A stretch of DNA of 64,000 nucleotides, from positions 2,816,001-2,880,000 of the forward strand of contig OY970296.1 in NCBI GenBank assembly GCA_963716175.1, read 5' to 3'. This stretch comes from an uncultured Armatimonadetes bacterium. GTDB lineage: Bacteria > Armatimonadota > Hebobacteria > Hebobacterales > Hebobacteraceae. Below the pieces are notes generated by a model. It worked only from the letters and a program-made list of their open reading frames with translations. It ran no database searches and had not been told where the DNA came from. The translations under genes were made by a program, and so were the position numbers. Shown piece by piece: positions 29,885-38,807 of this stretch; the stretch's first letter is position 1; each line of letters starts with the position of its first letter.

Positions 29885-31133
29885 TCGCCTCCAGCTCGAC
29901 ATCACCCAGGTGGCGATTGAGCGGCTCCGGCCCTGGCCGGGCAATCCACGGGCGATGCCGGCCTCCGAGATGGAGAGCTTGCGCCGGTCGGTGTCTCACT
30001 GGGGGATGGTGGAGCCGTTGGTGGTGCGTCGCTCCGATCAGCTGGTGATCGGCGGGAATCAACGATTGGAAACAGCGAAGGCGTTGGGAATGGCAGCGGT
30101 GCCAGTGGTGTATGTCGAGCTGTCAGATGCCGAGGCGAAGGCGCTCAATCTTGCCCTCAACCGGATCCGGGGAGAGTGGGATCTGCCGAAGCTGGGGGAG
30201 CTGCTGGAGGATCTCCAGCGCCTGCCCGAGATCGACGAGAGCCTCACCGGCTTCAGCGGCGATGAAATCGACGCGCTGTTGGCCGAACTCGAACGCGATC
30301 GGGCCCCCGATCCCCGGGAGGAGAGCTTCCCGGAGGCGGCGGAGGCGCTGCAAGCATGGCGGGAGCAAGCCCCGACGAGAGTCAGCAAGGGAGAGCTATG
30401 GCAGCTGGGGCGGCACCGGGTCTACTGCGGGGATAGCCTGGCACCGGGAGGGCTCGAGCGTCTCTGCAATCGCGAGAAGGTCGACCTGGTGCTGACCGAT
30501 CCGCCCTATGGGATTTCGTATCAGTCGACGCTGGCAAGACGAGGCCGGCGTAAGAAGGCGATCGCCAACGATGGTCAGGAGGAGTTCGAGGGGTTTCTGA
30601 ATCGCGCGCTTCCTGCCATCAGATCGGCGATGAAGCGAGGCGCGGCCCTCTACTGGTTTGCCGGGGGTGGTGGAGGAGAGCCGGTGCTGGCGAAGGCCCT
30701 GCTCGCGATCAGCCAGCACTTCACCCTCCTCAATACCATTGTGTGGGATAAGGTAGATCCCGGGTTGGGCTGGCGATGGCGCCGAAGCTGGGAGGCCGTC
30801 ATCGAGGCCTCCGTAGGCCGGCCCCGGATCTGGCATGGAGGCACTGCTAGGCGCAATGTGCTGCGGTTCCCCCGTGCCATTCCCCAGAGCGAGGATCATC
30901 CCACCCCGAAACCGATCCCGTTGCTCGCCGAGCTCATCCTGGCGGCCGCTCCCGCCCGGGGCACCGTCCTTGACCCATTCGCCGGCTCCGGCTCCACCTT
31001 GATCGCGGCGGAGCGCACTGGCCGCAGCTGTCTGGCGGCGGAGTTAGAGCCGCGCTATTGCGATATCGCGCTCGCCAGGTGGGAGGCAGTCAGCGGAGGC
31101 CGCGCCCAGCGGCTGGAAGGCGGTGCGCGATGA
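29805..31133 (+). CDS. ParB N-terminal domain plus N6/N4 DNA methyltransferase (phage type)
   Basis: NPR..WGMVEPLVV..GNQRL; TDPPY; HPTPKP; LDPFAGSGS. Confidence 0.9.
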   Translation: MSQTRAARSRNSTRRKTARKTGPSATDRLQLDITQVAIERLRPWPGNPRAMPASEMESLRRSVSHWGMVEPLVVRRSDQLVIGGNQRLETAKALGMAAVPVVYVELSDAEAKALNLALNRIRGEWDLPKLGELLEDLQRLPEIDESLTGFSGDEIDALLAELERDRAPDPREESFPEAAEALQAWREQAPTRVSKGELWQLGRHRVYCGDSLAPGGLERLCNREKVDLVLTDPPYGISYQSTLARRGRRKKAIANDGQEEFEGFLNRALPAIRSAMKRGAALYWFAGGGGGEPVLAKALLAISQHFTLLNTIVWDKVDPGLGWRWRRSWEAVIEASVGRPRIWHGGTARRNVLRFPRAIPQSEDHPTPKPIPLLAELILAAAPARGTVLDPFAGSGSTLIAAERTGRSCLAAELEPRYCDIALARWEAVSGGRAQRLEGGAR

Positions 31134-32713
31134 CCACCGCTAATGCCCTGCCCAATGATGGCGATGGCTACCTGCGGCTGCTGGATCGCGCGCAAGAGGT
31201 GCTGTCCCTGCGGTCCGATCCCCGGCGCTGGATCGAGGCGAACCTGTGGCTGCGCAGCAAGGACCAGCGGATGGTGCCCTTTCGTCTCTGGCCGGCGCAG
31301 GCCCACTGGTATGAGCGTCGCTCCCACTGGGACGTCATCTTGAAGGCCCGCCAACTGGGCTTCACCAGTATCATCGACGGCTGCTTCTTCGCCGACACGG
31401 TGCTGCGGCCTAACACCACCTCGGTCATCGTTGCCCATGACCTGGACTCCAGCGAGAAGATCTTCGCCACGGTCCGGGGATTCTGGGAGCGGCTGCCGGA
31501 AGACGAGCGGAAACGCATCGGTGAGCCTCGCTATCTGACCCGCAGGGAGCTCTACTGGCCCTCCCTCAACAGCCGCTTCTGGGTGGGGACGGCCGGATCG
31601 GTTGCTTCCGGCCGGGGCCACACCATCAACAACCTGCACTGCTCGGAGTTCGCTTACTGGCCCGACCCGGAGCGGGCGTTGGCGGGACTGACGGAAGCGG
31701 TGCCCTTGAGCGGCCGGATCGTGATCGAGTCCACCGGCAACGGAATGGGCAACCCATTCCACGATCTCTGGATACAGGCAAAGCAGGGAGAGAACCCCTA
31801 CCGGCCTCACTTCTACCCTTGGTGGTGGGATCAGGGCTATCGGATGGCGGGCCCACCGTTGGGGGAGCTGATTGAAGAGGAGCAGCACCTCAGAGATACC
31901 TGCAATCTGGATGACGACCAGCTGCGGTGGCGGCGGGAGAAGAGGAAACACCTGCGCGATCGATTCGCCCAGGAGTACCCCGAGAACGATGGTCACTGCT
32001 TCCTGGCAAGTGGCCGCTGTTGCTTCGAGATGGCGCCACTGCTGGGGGCGCGGGCGCGCATCGCGGCCGAGCCGGAGCCGCAGGCCCTTTCCCATCTCTC
32101 GGATGAGGAGGGGAATCCCATCAGCCTGTCACCGGCGCGGCTGCTGGTGTGGCGCCAGCCGGAGCAGGGGAAGGAGTATGTGATCGGTGCCGATGTGGGG
32201 GAGGGCCTGGCCCATGGCGATCCCTCCGCCGCCTGTGTGCTGGACAGGGAGACAGGGGAGCAGGTGGCGGAGCTGCACGGGCGCATTGCCCCGGGGAGGT
32301 TCGCCCGGTTGCTGGCGGCGCTCGGGATGCTCTACCTTGGGGCGGAGCTGGCGGTGGAGTCCAACAACCACGGCCATGCCACCCTGGACGCGCTCCACAA
32401 CACCCTCAACTACTCGCCCCTGCACCGCTACCGGCGCTATGACCAATCGGGGCTGGCCGGGGAGGCGCTGGGCTGGCCCACCAACGCCCGCACCAAGCCG
32501 CTGATGATCGACGAGCTGGCGGAGGCAATTGCGGAGGGGCACCTGCTGATCCATTCAGAGGGGCTGGTGGATGAATGTCTCACCTTCATCACCACCGACA
32601 GCGGATCGCGGGAAGCCCAGCCCGGCAAACACGATGACCGGGTGATGGCAGCAGCCATCGCCTGGCAGGTGAGAAAGCGACCGTGGCCTCAGGTGTGGGG
32701 CTTTCAGGTGTAG
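31130..32713 (+). CDS. terL: Phage terminase large subunit
   Basis: ILKARQLGFTS (Walker A), LHCSEFAYW (Walker B), IESTGNG, YVIGADVGEG, VESNNHG, HDDRVMA; ATGA coupling to the methylase gene. Confidence 0.9.
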   Translation: MTTANALPNDGDGYLRLLDRAQEVLSLRSDPRRWIEANLWLRSKDQRMVPFRLWPAQAHWYERRSHWDVILKARQLGFTSIIDGCFFADTVLRPNTTSVIVAHDLDSSEKIFATVRGFWERLPEDERKRIGEPRYLTRRELYWPSLNSRFWVGTAGSVASGRGHTINNLHCSEFAYWPDPERALAGLTEAVPLSGRIVIESTGNGMGNPFHDLWIQAKQGENPYRPHFYPWWWDQGYRMAGPPLGELIEEEQHLRDTCNLDDDQLRWRREKRKHLRDRFAQEYPENDGHCFLASGRCCFEMAPLLGARARIAAEPEPQALSHLSDEEGNPISLSPARLLVWRQPEQGKEYVIGADVGEGLAHGDPSAACVLDRETGEQVAELHGRIAPGRFARLLAALGMLYLGAELAVESNNHGHATLDALHNTLNYSPLHRYRRYDQSGLAGEALGWPTNARTKPLMIDELAEAIAEGHLLIHSEGLVDECLTFITTDSGSREAQPGKHDDRVMAAAIAWQVRKRPWPQVWGFQV

Positions 32714-32763
32714 CCGCCAGCGGCGGGAAGTGCCGACCCCGCGCGTGCCCGGCAATGGGCACG

Positions 32764-32879
32764 CGCGCTTGTGGCGTCAGAAGATGCTATACCCTCTGCC
32801 AAGCGGCCTGGGCCCGAACCGGCGTTTGTGGCGCGAGAAGATGCTATGGCATTTGTCAAGCGGCCTGAGGCACCGAACT
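32764..32879. repeat. Two ~57-bp imperfect tandem copies of IS110 right end plus target half
   Basis: TTGTGGCGTCAGAAGATGCTATACCCTCTGCCAAGCGGCCTG vs TTGTGGCGCGAGAAGATGCTATGGCATTTGTCAAGCGGCCTG. Confidence 0.7.
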
Positions 32880-34055
32880 GCGTGTCATGAGATGGTTGGC
32901 TTCGTAGTCCGGATCAAAGGGCCGGCCCGTCTTGAGGAGGGCGAAGATGATCCGGAGCAGCTTGCTCATGCAGGCGATGATTGCTGCCTTGGGACGCTTG
33001 CCCTCGGCCAGTTTCCGAAGGTAGTACTGTCGCAGGACGGGGTTGCGATTGCGTACCGAGAGGGCGGCCAGGCAGAGGGCATGACGCAGGGCAGCAGGCC
33101 CACACTTGGATAGCTTGACCTTCCCCGCGAAGCGCCCTGACTGCCGGAACCGGGGATTGAGGCCAGCGAAAGCGATTGCTCGGGTGTCCGTATCCAGCTG
33201 CTCGACGGGGAGCTCAGCCAGGATCACTGGGACGGTGGCGGCGCCCAGGCCCTCGATGGTGAAGAGCAGATTCCCCTGCACTTGCTCCGCGATGGTGTTC
33301 TCCAGCGCCGCGAGACTGCGCTGCAGCTGGCGGATCGCCGCCACCAGCTGCCGCACCACCACGGCGTCGGTTGTGGTACCTTGCTCTCCTGGGATCGATC
33401 TGGCTGACGCCACCAGACGGTCGGCCCGCAGCTTTCCCACCCGGCGGGTGTTCGCTTTCAGCTGTGCCGCTCTGTCTGGCCGCGCCCGTGCCAGCATGCC
33501 TCCGGTGGGGTATCGATCGAGCACCGCCAACGCGCCGTAGCAGTCAAGGCGGTAGAACCCGCGCTCCACACTGGGGTTGACGCGCTCCAGCAAGCTGTGG
33601 AGCAGGTTCACCTGAGCCACCAGACTCGTCAGCAACGTGTGGCGGCTGCGAGTGAGCCGGGCCAGAGCTGCTTGCTCTGCAGCCACCGTTGCGCGAGGTC
33701 GGAGGGCTCGGCAGTAGCGAGCCAAGACGACGGCATCCACCCGATCGGTCTTCGTGCGCGCCATCAACACCTTGGCGAAGTGATGGCTGGAGCGAGCATT
33801 GACCACGCTCACCGTAAAGCCGGGCCGGGAGCGCAGGAACGCTGCCAGCCGGTGACCGTAGTTGCCGGTGGCTTCCAGGCAGACATGCAGCTCGCGGCCG
33901 TCGGGCAGCTTCGCCAGTGTGGTCAGCAGGCTCTCATAGCCAGCCGCATCATCGGTGAATTCGAAATCCTTCGTCCGCAGCTCGCCGTCTCCGTCCACCA
34001 CCGCCGCCATATGGCGGCCCTTGCTCACGTCGATCCCCACGAAGTACTGGCGCAT
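32856..34055 (-). CDS. IS110 DEDD recombinase
   Basis: VGIDVSK, CLEATG, KTDRVDA, AFAGLNP..SG (catalytic Ser region); RBS before MRQYF. Confidence 0.93.
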   Translation of the reverse strand: MRQYFVGIDVSKGRHMAAVVDGDGELRTKDFEFTDDAAGYESLLTTLAKLPDGRELHVCLEATGNYGHRLAAFLRSRPGFTVSVVNARSSHHFAKVLMARTKTDRVDAVVLARYCRALRPRATVAAEQAALARLTRSRHTLLTSLVAQVNLLHSLLERVNPSVERGFYRLDCYGALAVLDRYPTGGMLARARPDRAAQLKANTRRVGKLRADRLVASARSIPGEQGTTTDAVVVRQLVAAIRQLQRSLAALENTIAEQVQGNLLFTIEGLGAATVPVILAELPVEQLDTDTRAIAFAGLNPRFRQSGRFAGKVKLSKCGPAALRHALCLAALSVRNRNPVLRQYYLRKLAEGKRPKAAIIACMSKLLRIIFALLKTGRPFDPDYEANHLMTRSSVPQAA

Positions 34056-34074
34056 TCTCCTTGCCTCCACTATC

Positions 34075-34300
34075 ATGGACGTGCGGTGGCCGGGGCCTCC
34101 TGGCTGCTCAGTCCTAACCCTCACTCGGCTCAATGTGTGGTCGTCTGCCACAAGATGCTTGATCTGGGCTTGAGGCTGGGCCGGGAGCGACGTTCTTCTC
34201 GGTTGGGTCAAGGCCCGAGTCGGAATAGTGTCGTCTCCCGGCTCACCGCCTCCCCCAACTTGCCTAACGGCCACTCCCCAATCCTGCATGAAGCCACCAC
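34075..34300 (-). ncRNA. Predicted IS110 bridge RNA (ends approximate)
   Basis: Target loop TCCGACT..CGAGAAG within stem 34181-34241 matches target TCCGA-CT-TCTCG; donor loop AGCATCT..TGAG matches donor AGCAT-CT-CG. Confidence 0.75.
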
Positions 34301-34476
34301 CATCCATGATACGAGTCGGATTCGCGCGGCCGGCGATGCCGAAGTGATACTCTCGGGGTGATCTTACCGTGGGCTGACAGGCATAGGTTGCTTTGCCACC
34401 GGGATGGACGGTCGCGGAGAAGGCTCTCGACCGAGGTCCGTCTGCTGCTGCGGTGGGCCGCTGTCGATCGCTGCGG

Positions 34477-36057
34477 CTAGTGAAGAGAGAAACCGGGTGC
34501 CGCCCGCGACGACACCGGGTTCAGAATATGAGGCGATTCTGTGGACTGGCCCGACCGCGCGTCGAAGTCTGCCAGTTCGCCATGTTCCCAGAGGTCGGTC
34601 AGCGCTTCCACGACAGTGGGATCGAACTGGGTGCCAGCCAGAGCCTGGATCTGCAGAACTGCTGCCAGAGGGATTGCCCCGCGCCGGTAAGGCCGGTTGG
34701 AGACGATGGCGTGGAAAGCATCTGCCACGGTAACCACGCGCGCCAGGAGGGGTATCTCCTCACCTTTCAGCCCGTCCGGATAGCCGCTGCCATCCCACCA
34801 CTCGTGGTGGCTGCGGATCATGGCGAGGGCCGAGGGACCAGGATTCAGGGGCTGGACAATGTCCTGGCCGATCAGCGTGTGCTGGTGGCAGGTATCAAGC
34901 TCTTCCTCCGTCAGAGGCCCCCGCTTCAGGAGCACGGCATCAGCGATCCCGATCTTGCCCAGATCGTGCAGAGGGCAGTAGGCCTCCAGGGCCTCGGCGG
35001 CACGCTCTCCCAGACCGAGCCTCTCGGCCAAGCGGAGCGCCAGCCAGGTGACGGCCTCCCCGTGGGCGGCGCTGTAGAAATCGCGGGCGGCGAGCGAACG
35101 CACCAGCGCGTGTAGGGTTCTGAAATAGGATTGCCTCAACTGCTGGTGAAGCTCCGCGCTCTCGATGGCTTTGCTGGCCATGTTGGCCAGGGTGGTGAGC
35201 AGGTTCAGGTCCTCGGTATCGAAGGTCGCCTGTCGGGTCGCTGCCAGGGAGCCGCTCACGACATCGGAGACCTTCATCGGGGCGGAGATAGTGGCGCGGA
35301 TCTGATCCCAGGTTCGCAGTCGGTGCCCGATCTCGGGTGCGTCATGCAGACAGCGGGGCGACGGGCCTGTCTTGGCCGCAGCCTTGGCGGCCGCAACCGG
35401 GTCGTCGGGACCTCCGTCGCTTGGGCCGAGCAGGCCCGCGCTGCGCGTGTGAATGCACTCGCCTTTCGAGTTGTCCAGCAGCACGAGCGAGGCGGCATCG
35501 GCCTGCACCTGGGCTACCAGGGCCTCCACTACCAGCTCCGAGATGCGCTCGATATCTAGTGTCCCGGCCAGATGAACGCTGGTTTCGCAGAGCTTGTTGA
35601 GGCGGCTGATCCGGGCATCGAGGGCCCGGGCAGTGTCGTGGAGTTGGTCGATCAGGCTGCGGTTCTGGGCGCGCTGCTCGCGTTCCTTATCGGCGAAATA
35701 GGCAACGGTGCAAGCGAGAAATGCCAGCAGGCCGATGAGCAGCAGCGGCTCGGAGTAGTCGGCCGTCGTGATCTCCTGCCCATAGGCGACCAGGAGCACG
35801 AAAGCCAGGCCCAGCACCCCCACCAAGCAGAGGGCCACCCATAGGAGCTGCTGCCTGCGCCGGTCCGGGGTGTAATCCCCCTGCCGGGCCAGCGACATCA
35901 GGCCTGCCAGGCTGTCTTGTGCAGCGCCCAACTCTGCCCCCCTTTCACCGGTGGCCGCGGGAGCGCCCACCTGGCCGCTCCAAGGAGCAGGCGACCGACG
36001 ATCTCGCCAGAGCTGGTCCCGGACAGGCGGTTCTATGCCCTTGTGGCGTACCCGCAC
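34477..36057 (-). CDS. Membrane-bound GAF plus HD-GYP cyclic-di-nucleotide phosphodiesterase
   Basis: Two TM segments; GAF-like region; LHDLGKIG, HHEWWDGSGYP. True start may be 35898. Confidence 0.88.
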   Translation of the reverse strand: MRVRHKGIEPPVRDQLWRDRRSPAPWSGQVGAPAATGERGAELGAAQDSLAGLMSLARQGDYTPDRRRQQLLWVALCLVGVLGLAFVLLVAYGQEITTADYSEPLLLIGLLAFLACTVAYFADKEREQRAQNRSLIDQLHDTARALDARISRLNKLCETSVHLAGTLDIERISELVVEALVAQVQADAASLVLLDNSKGECIHTRSAGLLGPSDGGPDDPVAAAKAAAKTGPSPRCLHDAPEIGHRLRTWDQIRATISAPMKVSDVVSGSLAATRQATFDTEDLNLLTTLANMASKAIESAELHQQLRQSYFRTLHALVRSLAARDFYSAAHGEAVTWLALRLAERLGLGERAAEALEAYCPLHDLGKIGIADAVLLKRGPLTEEELDTCHQHTLIGQDIVQPLNPGPSALAMIRSHHEWWDGSGYPDGLKGEEIPLLARVVTVADAFHAIVSNRPYRRGAIPLAAVLQIQALAGTQFDPTVVEALTDLWEHGELADFDARSGQSTESPHILNPVSSRAAPGFSLH

Positions 36058-36110
36058 TCCGCGAGAGAGTCGCTTCCGTCAGTGTGGCCTTCGCGCGGCA
36101 GTCCGGAATG

Positions 36111-36145
36111 AGATTGGACGCCCAGCGAGACTGGGCGTCCAATCT
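36111..36145. terminator. Perfect 15-bp stem-loop
   Basis: AGATTGGACGCCCAG-CGAGA-CTGGGCGTCCAATCT; no clear U-tract. Confidence 0.4.
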
Positions 36146-36980
36146 TCGCGCGAGAGCAAGCAGTCTTACCGACACATATCTTATTCCATAGCTCACACCT
36201 AATGTATAAACGGCCGTATATTGCGGAGTCATCTCGTGACTGGCGCACTACTTCGGGGCCCCCTGGGAGTACCGCGTCAACGTCAGACCGCACGCAGCTG
36301 TCGGGCGCCGCCGAGACCCCTCGTGGCGGTCAAGAGGTGGCCAGGATCTCCTGGCAAGGCAGGGGGTCTGACTAGCCCCGTCGCATAGATCACTGCGTGG
36401 ACGCGGCGCTAAGCCGAGACGCCAGGGGCGTTGCGACATTGCTCCCGGCTGGCGCTGCTACCCTCACGACGGCCTCATCGGTAGCCAACAGGCATAGCCG
36501 GCTCCAGGGCGAGATGACTAGTACACTTGGTTTGCTTCGGAATCCGCGCGCGGTTTGGATCGGAATCAGTGTTCAGTTTCCCCCGGAATATCCAGAAGTA
36601 TCCAGATCTCGCCGAGCGCTATGCCCCTCGTTCAGCGGAGACAGGCGCCCCTTCTACAGGTCTCGACTGGAGTGCGGCGGCGATGACGGCAGTTGTCATC
36701 CTGGGCGAGGAGTGCAGACTGGTCGCGTAGAGACTCTGCACAGCGGCCGCAGACTGGCCGCCGTATGCCGCATGGAGGAGGACAGGTGGAGGCAGGTTCA
36801 GGAGTCCTGCTGCGCAGCCAGAAGTGTGGCGCGCTGTCAGGCCGCAGGGGCTGGACTAGCTCCCGCCGGTCGACACCAGGGTGTGCGGCACATGGCCAAT
36901 AGCCTGTCGAGTTGCTGCATCACGTGTGGTATATACATAGTGTAAGGGTTACGGAAGCATTCCAGTAGGAAAGGCAATCC

Positions 36981-37409
36981 ATGAACCGGCTCAAGAAAAC
37001 TCGAGGTCGGCCCAATATAGTGGGCATTGATAAAGGAGTCGGCCCGCTGGAGGCGCAGGTGATGCGGGCGATCTCCACACTCCCTCTGCCTGTTTCGGTT
37101 CGCGACGTTTGCGACGCCCTGGCCAAGGACGGGTACTTCGCTTACCAAGGCGTGCTGAACTGCATGAACCGCCTGGTGCGTAAGGGCATCCTGGAGCGCA
37201 CCAAGCATGGCAACCTATTCCAGTACCGCCCCCTGGTGAGTGCCGAGGAATTGTCCGCCCAAGTGGTCACCAACGTGCTAGATCACATGGGCGGAGAGCT
37301 CGACCGGGTGATCTGCCGGGTGCTCGATCTGGATCCAGATGTCGGGGCCGAGCAACTTGCCGAGTTGAGGCGCAGAGTGCAGGCCATGTCTCACCGAAAG
37401 AAGAGATGA
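36981..37409 (+). CDS. BlaI/MecI/CopY family transcriptional repressor
   Basis: LEAQVM..VSVRDV..AY..V..MNRLV.KG.L.R; TACA-TAG-TGTA palindrome upstream (36934-36944). Confidence 0.85.
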   Translation: MNRLKKTRGRPNIVGIDKGVGPLEAQVMRAISTLPLPVSVRDVCDALAKDGYFAYQGVLNCMNRLVRKGILERTKHGNLFQYRPLVSAEELSAQVVTNVLDHMGGELDRVICRVLDLDPDVGAEQLAELRRRVQAMSHRKKR

Positions 37410-37413
37410 CCAC

Positions 37414-38493
37414 GTGTCGGTCTGGCAGTTGGTGACAGACCTGGTGGGACAGCATCTCATCCCCGCGCTTCTTGCCTCGGCTGCTATCTACCTGGCGCTA
37501 CGCCTGCTGTTTGCTGTCGGGCGACTCCGGAGGCCTCGCGACCAGGTGGTCTTCCTCCAGGCCTGCATGCTGAAGGCGCTGCTGGCTCTCTGGGCAGGAG
37601 CCAGCGTCTCCTGTTTGGCTAAAGGTGCCCCACTGTTCGGCTACTTCGCCGTTCGCCTGCCTAGCCCCTTACCGGATAGTCTGCCACTGGAATCCCGGAA
37701 GCTGGCAGCGGCATTGACCGATTCGACCCTCGCGGTGCCTGTGCTAGTAGTAGTGCTGATGCTGGCAGGGGGGTTGCTGTGTTACCGCTGGCTGCGCTTG
37801 GCTCCGGTCTACCGTGGTGTCTACACAACCCGGATGGCGGACCCGGCAGCATTTCGAGAGCTGGTCCGCCTTTTCGAAGATCTGGTGGCAAGGGCGTACC
37901 AGAGATGCCATTGGCTTCCACGCCCCAGGCTGATGCTGGTTGAGGAGGCGCCCTGTCCTGCCTTCACCATGGGCGTCCGCCCTCCCATCATCGTGCTGTC
38001 GGCCGCACTGGCTCAACGCCTCGGGCCGCGCGAACTCGCGGGGGTCCTCGCCCATGAGATCGCGCACGCCCGTCGGCTTGACTATCTCGGAAGATGGTTC
38101 GCTACAGTGCTGCGGGACATCATGATCTGGAACCCCTTCGTAGTGGCCTGGTACGAGCAATTGCTGCAGCGGCAGGAAGAGGCCAGTGACGACCACGCGG
38201 CCGAGCTGCTCGATGATCCAGTTGCGGTGGCAAGCGCCCTGGTGGAGGTCGGTGCATACGGACGGCACCGCCCTGCGATCTCGATGGGCCCATTGGCGGT
38301 CTGGCGAATGGGGAAGGATGTGCGGAGACTCAAGGAGCGACTGGATCGTCTCGAGCAGAGAGTGCTGGGGCTCTGCCTCCCCCGGTGGCCATCGTGCCTG
38401 CTGTACTCCGTTGTCGCGGTTTTCCTTGTGGCTCAGCCCTACGTGGGTCTGTCGCTCCCGAATCTGCTCCTGCTGTTGATGGTCGCCCACTGA
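37414..38493 (+). CDS. M56 family (BlaR1-like) membrane metallopeptidase without penicillin-binding domain
   Basis: TM segments; AFT.G..PPIIVLS; VLAHEIAH; WNP; EEASD. Confidence 0.85.
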   Translation: MSVWQLVTDLVGQHLIPALLASAAIYLALRLLFAVGRLRRPRDQVVFLQACMLKALLALWAGASVSCLAKGAPLFGYFAVRLPSPLPDSLPLESRKLAAALTDSTLAVPVLVVVLMLAGGLLCYRWLRLAPVYRGVYTTRMADPAAFRELVRLFEDLVARAYQRCHWLPRPRLMLVEEAPCPAFTMGVRPPIIVLSAALAQRLGPRELAGVLAHEIAHARRLDYLGRWFATVLRDIMIWNPFVVAWYEQLLQRQEEASDDHAAELLDDPVAVASALVEVGAYGRHRPAISMGPLAVWRMGKDVRRLKERLDRLEQRVLGLCLPRWPSCLLYSVVAVFLVAQPYVGLSLPNLLLLLMVAH

Positions 38494-38544
38494 GACGGCT
38501 CCAGGCCTCACGCTAAGCCTCTACGAGAGAGGTGCCTCGACCCC

Positions 38545-38594
38545 TTGACAGGATGTGCCGGCCCCGCTATGATATATCAGCTGGCGTATATATC
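38545..38594 (+). promoter_or_regulatory. Near-consensus sigma70 promoter with overlapping palindrome
   Basis: TTGACA(38545)-N17-TATGAT(38568); GATATAT-N10-ATATATC at 38571-38594. Confidence 0.75.
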
Positions 38595-38620
38595 TCAGTA
38601 TCCATAAGAGGCGGAAGACC

Positions 38621-38779
38621 ATGACAGCATTGAACCAGACGGCTGAGCTATGGACCAGTCAGCTCCTGCACCTTGCTGCGGCAGGGACGCTGCCGGGCGC
38701 AGGTGAGGCAGGCTCCGACCAGCCCGGGCCCGCCTGCTGCTACCTGCTCTGTCACATCTGCTGTTGGGTTGTCTGCTGA
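38621..38779 (+). CDS. Cys-rich RiPP precursor peptide (52 aa; absent from the ORF track)
   Basis: MTALNQTAELWTSQLLHLAAAGTLPGAGEAGSDQPGPACCYLLCHICCWVVC*; AAGAGG RBS; first gene after the promoter, directly before the rSAM. Confidence 0.8.
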   Translation: MTALNQTAELWTSQLLHLAAAGTLPGAGEAGSDQPGPACCYLLCHICCWVVC

Positions 38780-38807
38780 CTCGGAGGTTCCGGAACCCGG
38801 GAATCGG

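Larger units (their letters stand above)
32839..34315 (-). mobile_element. IS110-family element with CT core at both ends
   Basis: Right end ..TTGACAAATGCCATAGCATCT; left end CTCGTATCAT..; joined ends form TTGACA-N17-TATCAT. Confidence 0.85.

Noticed and set aside
25515-32839. A 7.3-kb xerC-xerC-terL transposon bounded by the 16-bp inverted repeat
   Set aside because: The att-like 33-bp repeat lies inside this span and better explains the architecture, placing xerC and terL in different tandem elements; not fully excluded.
38673-38807. N-terminal extension of the rSAM given in the ORF track
   Set aside because: Overlaps the precursor peptide ORF; ATG 38808 is the more plausible start.
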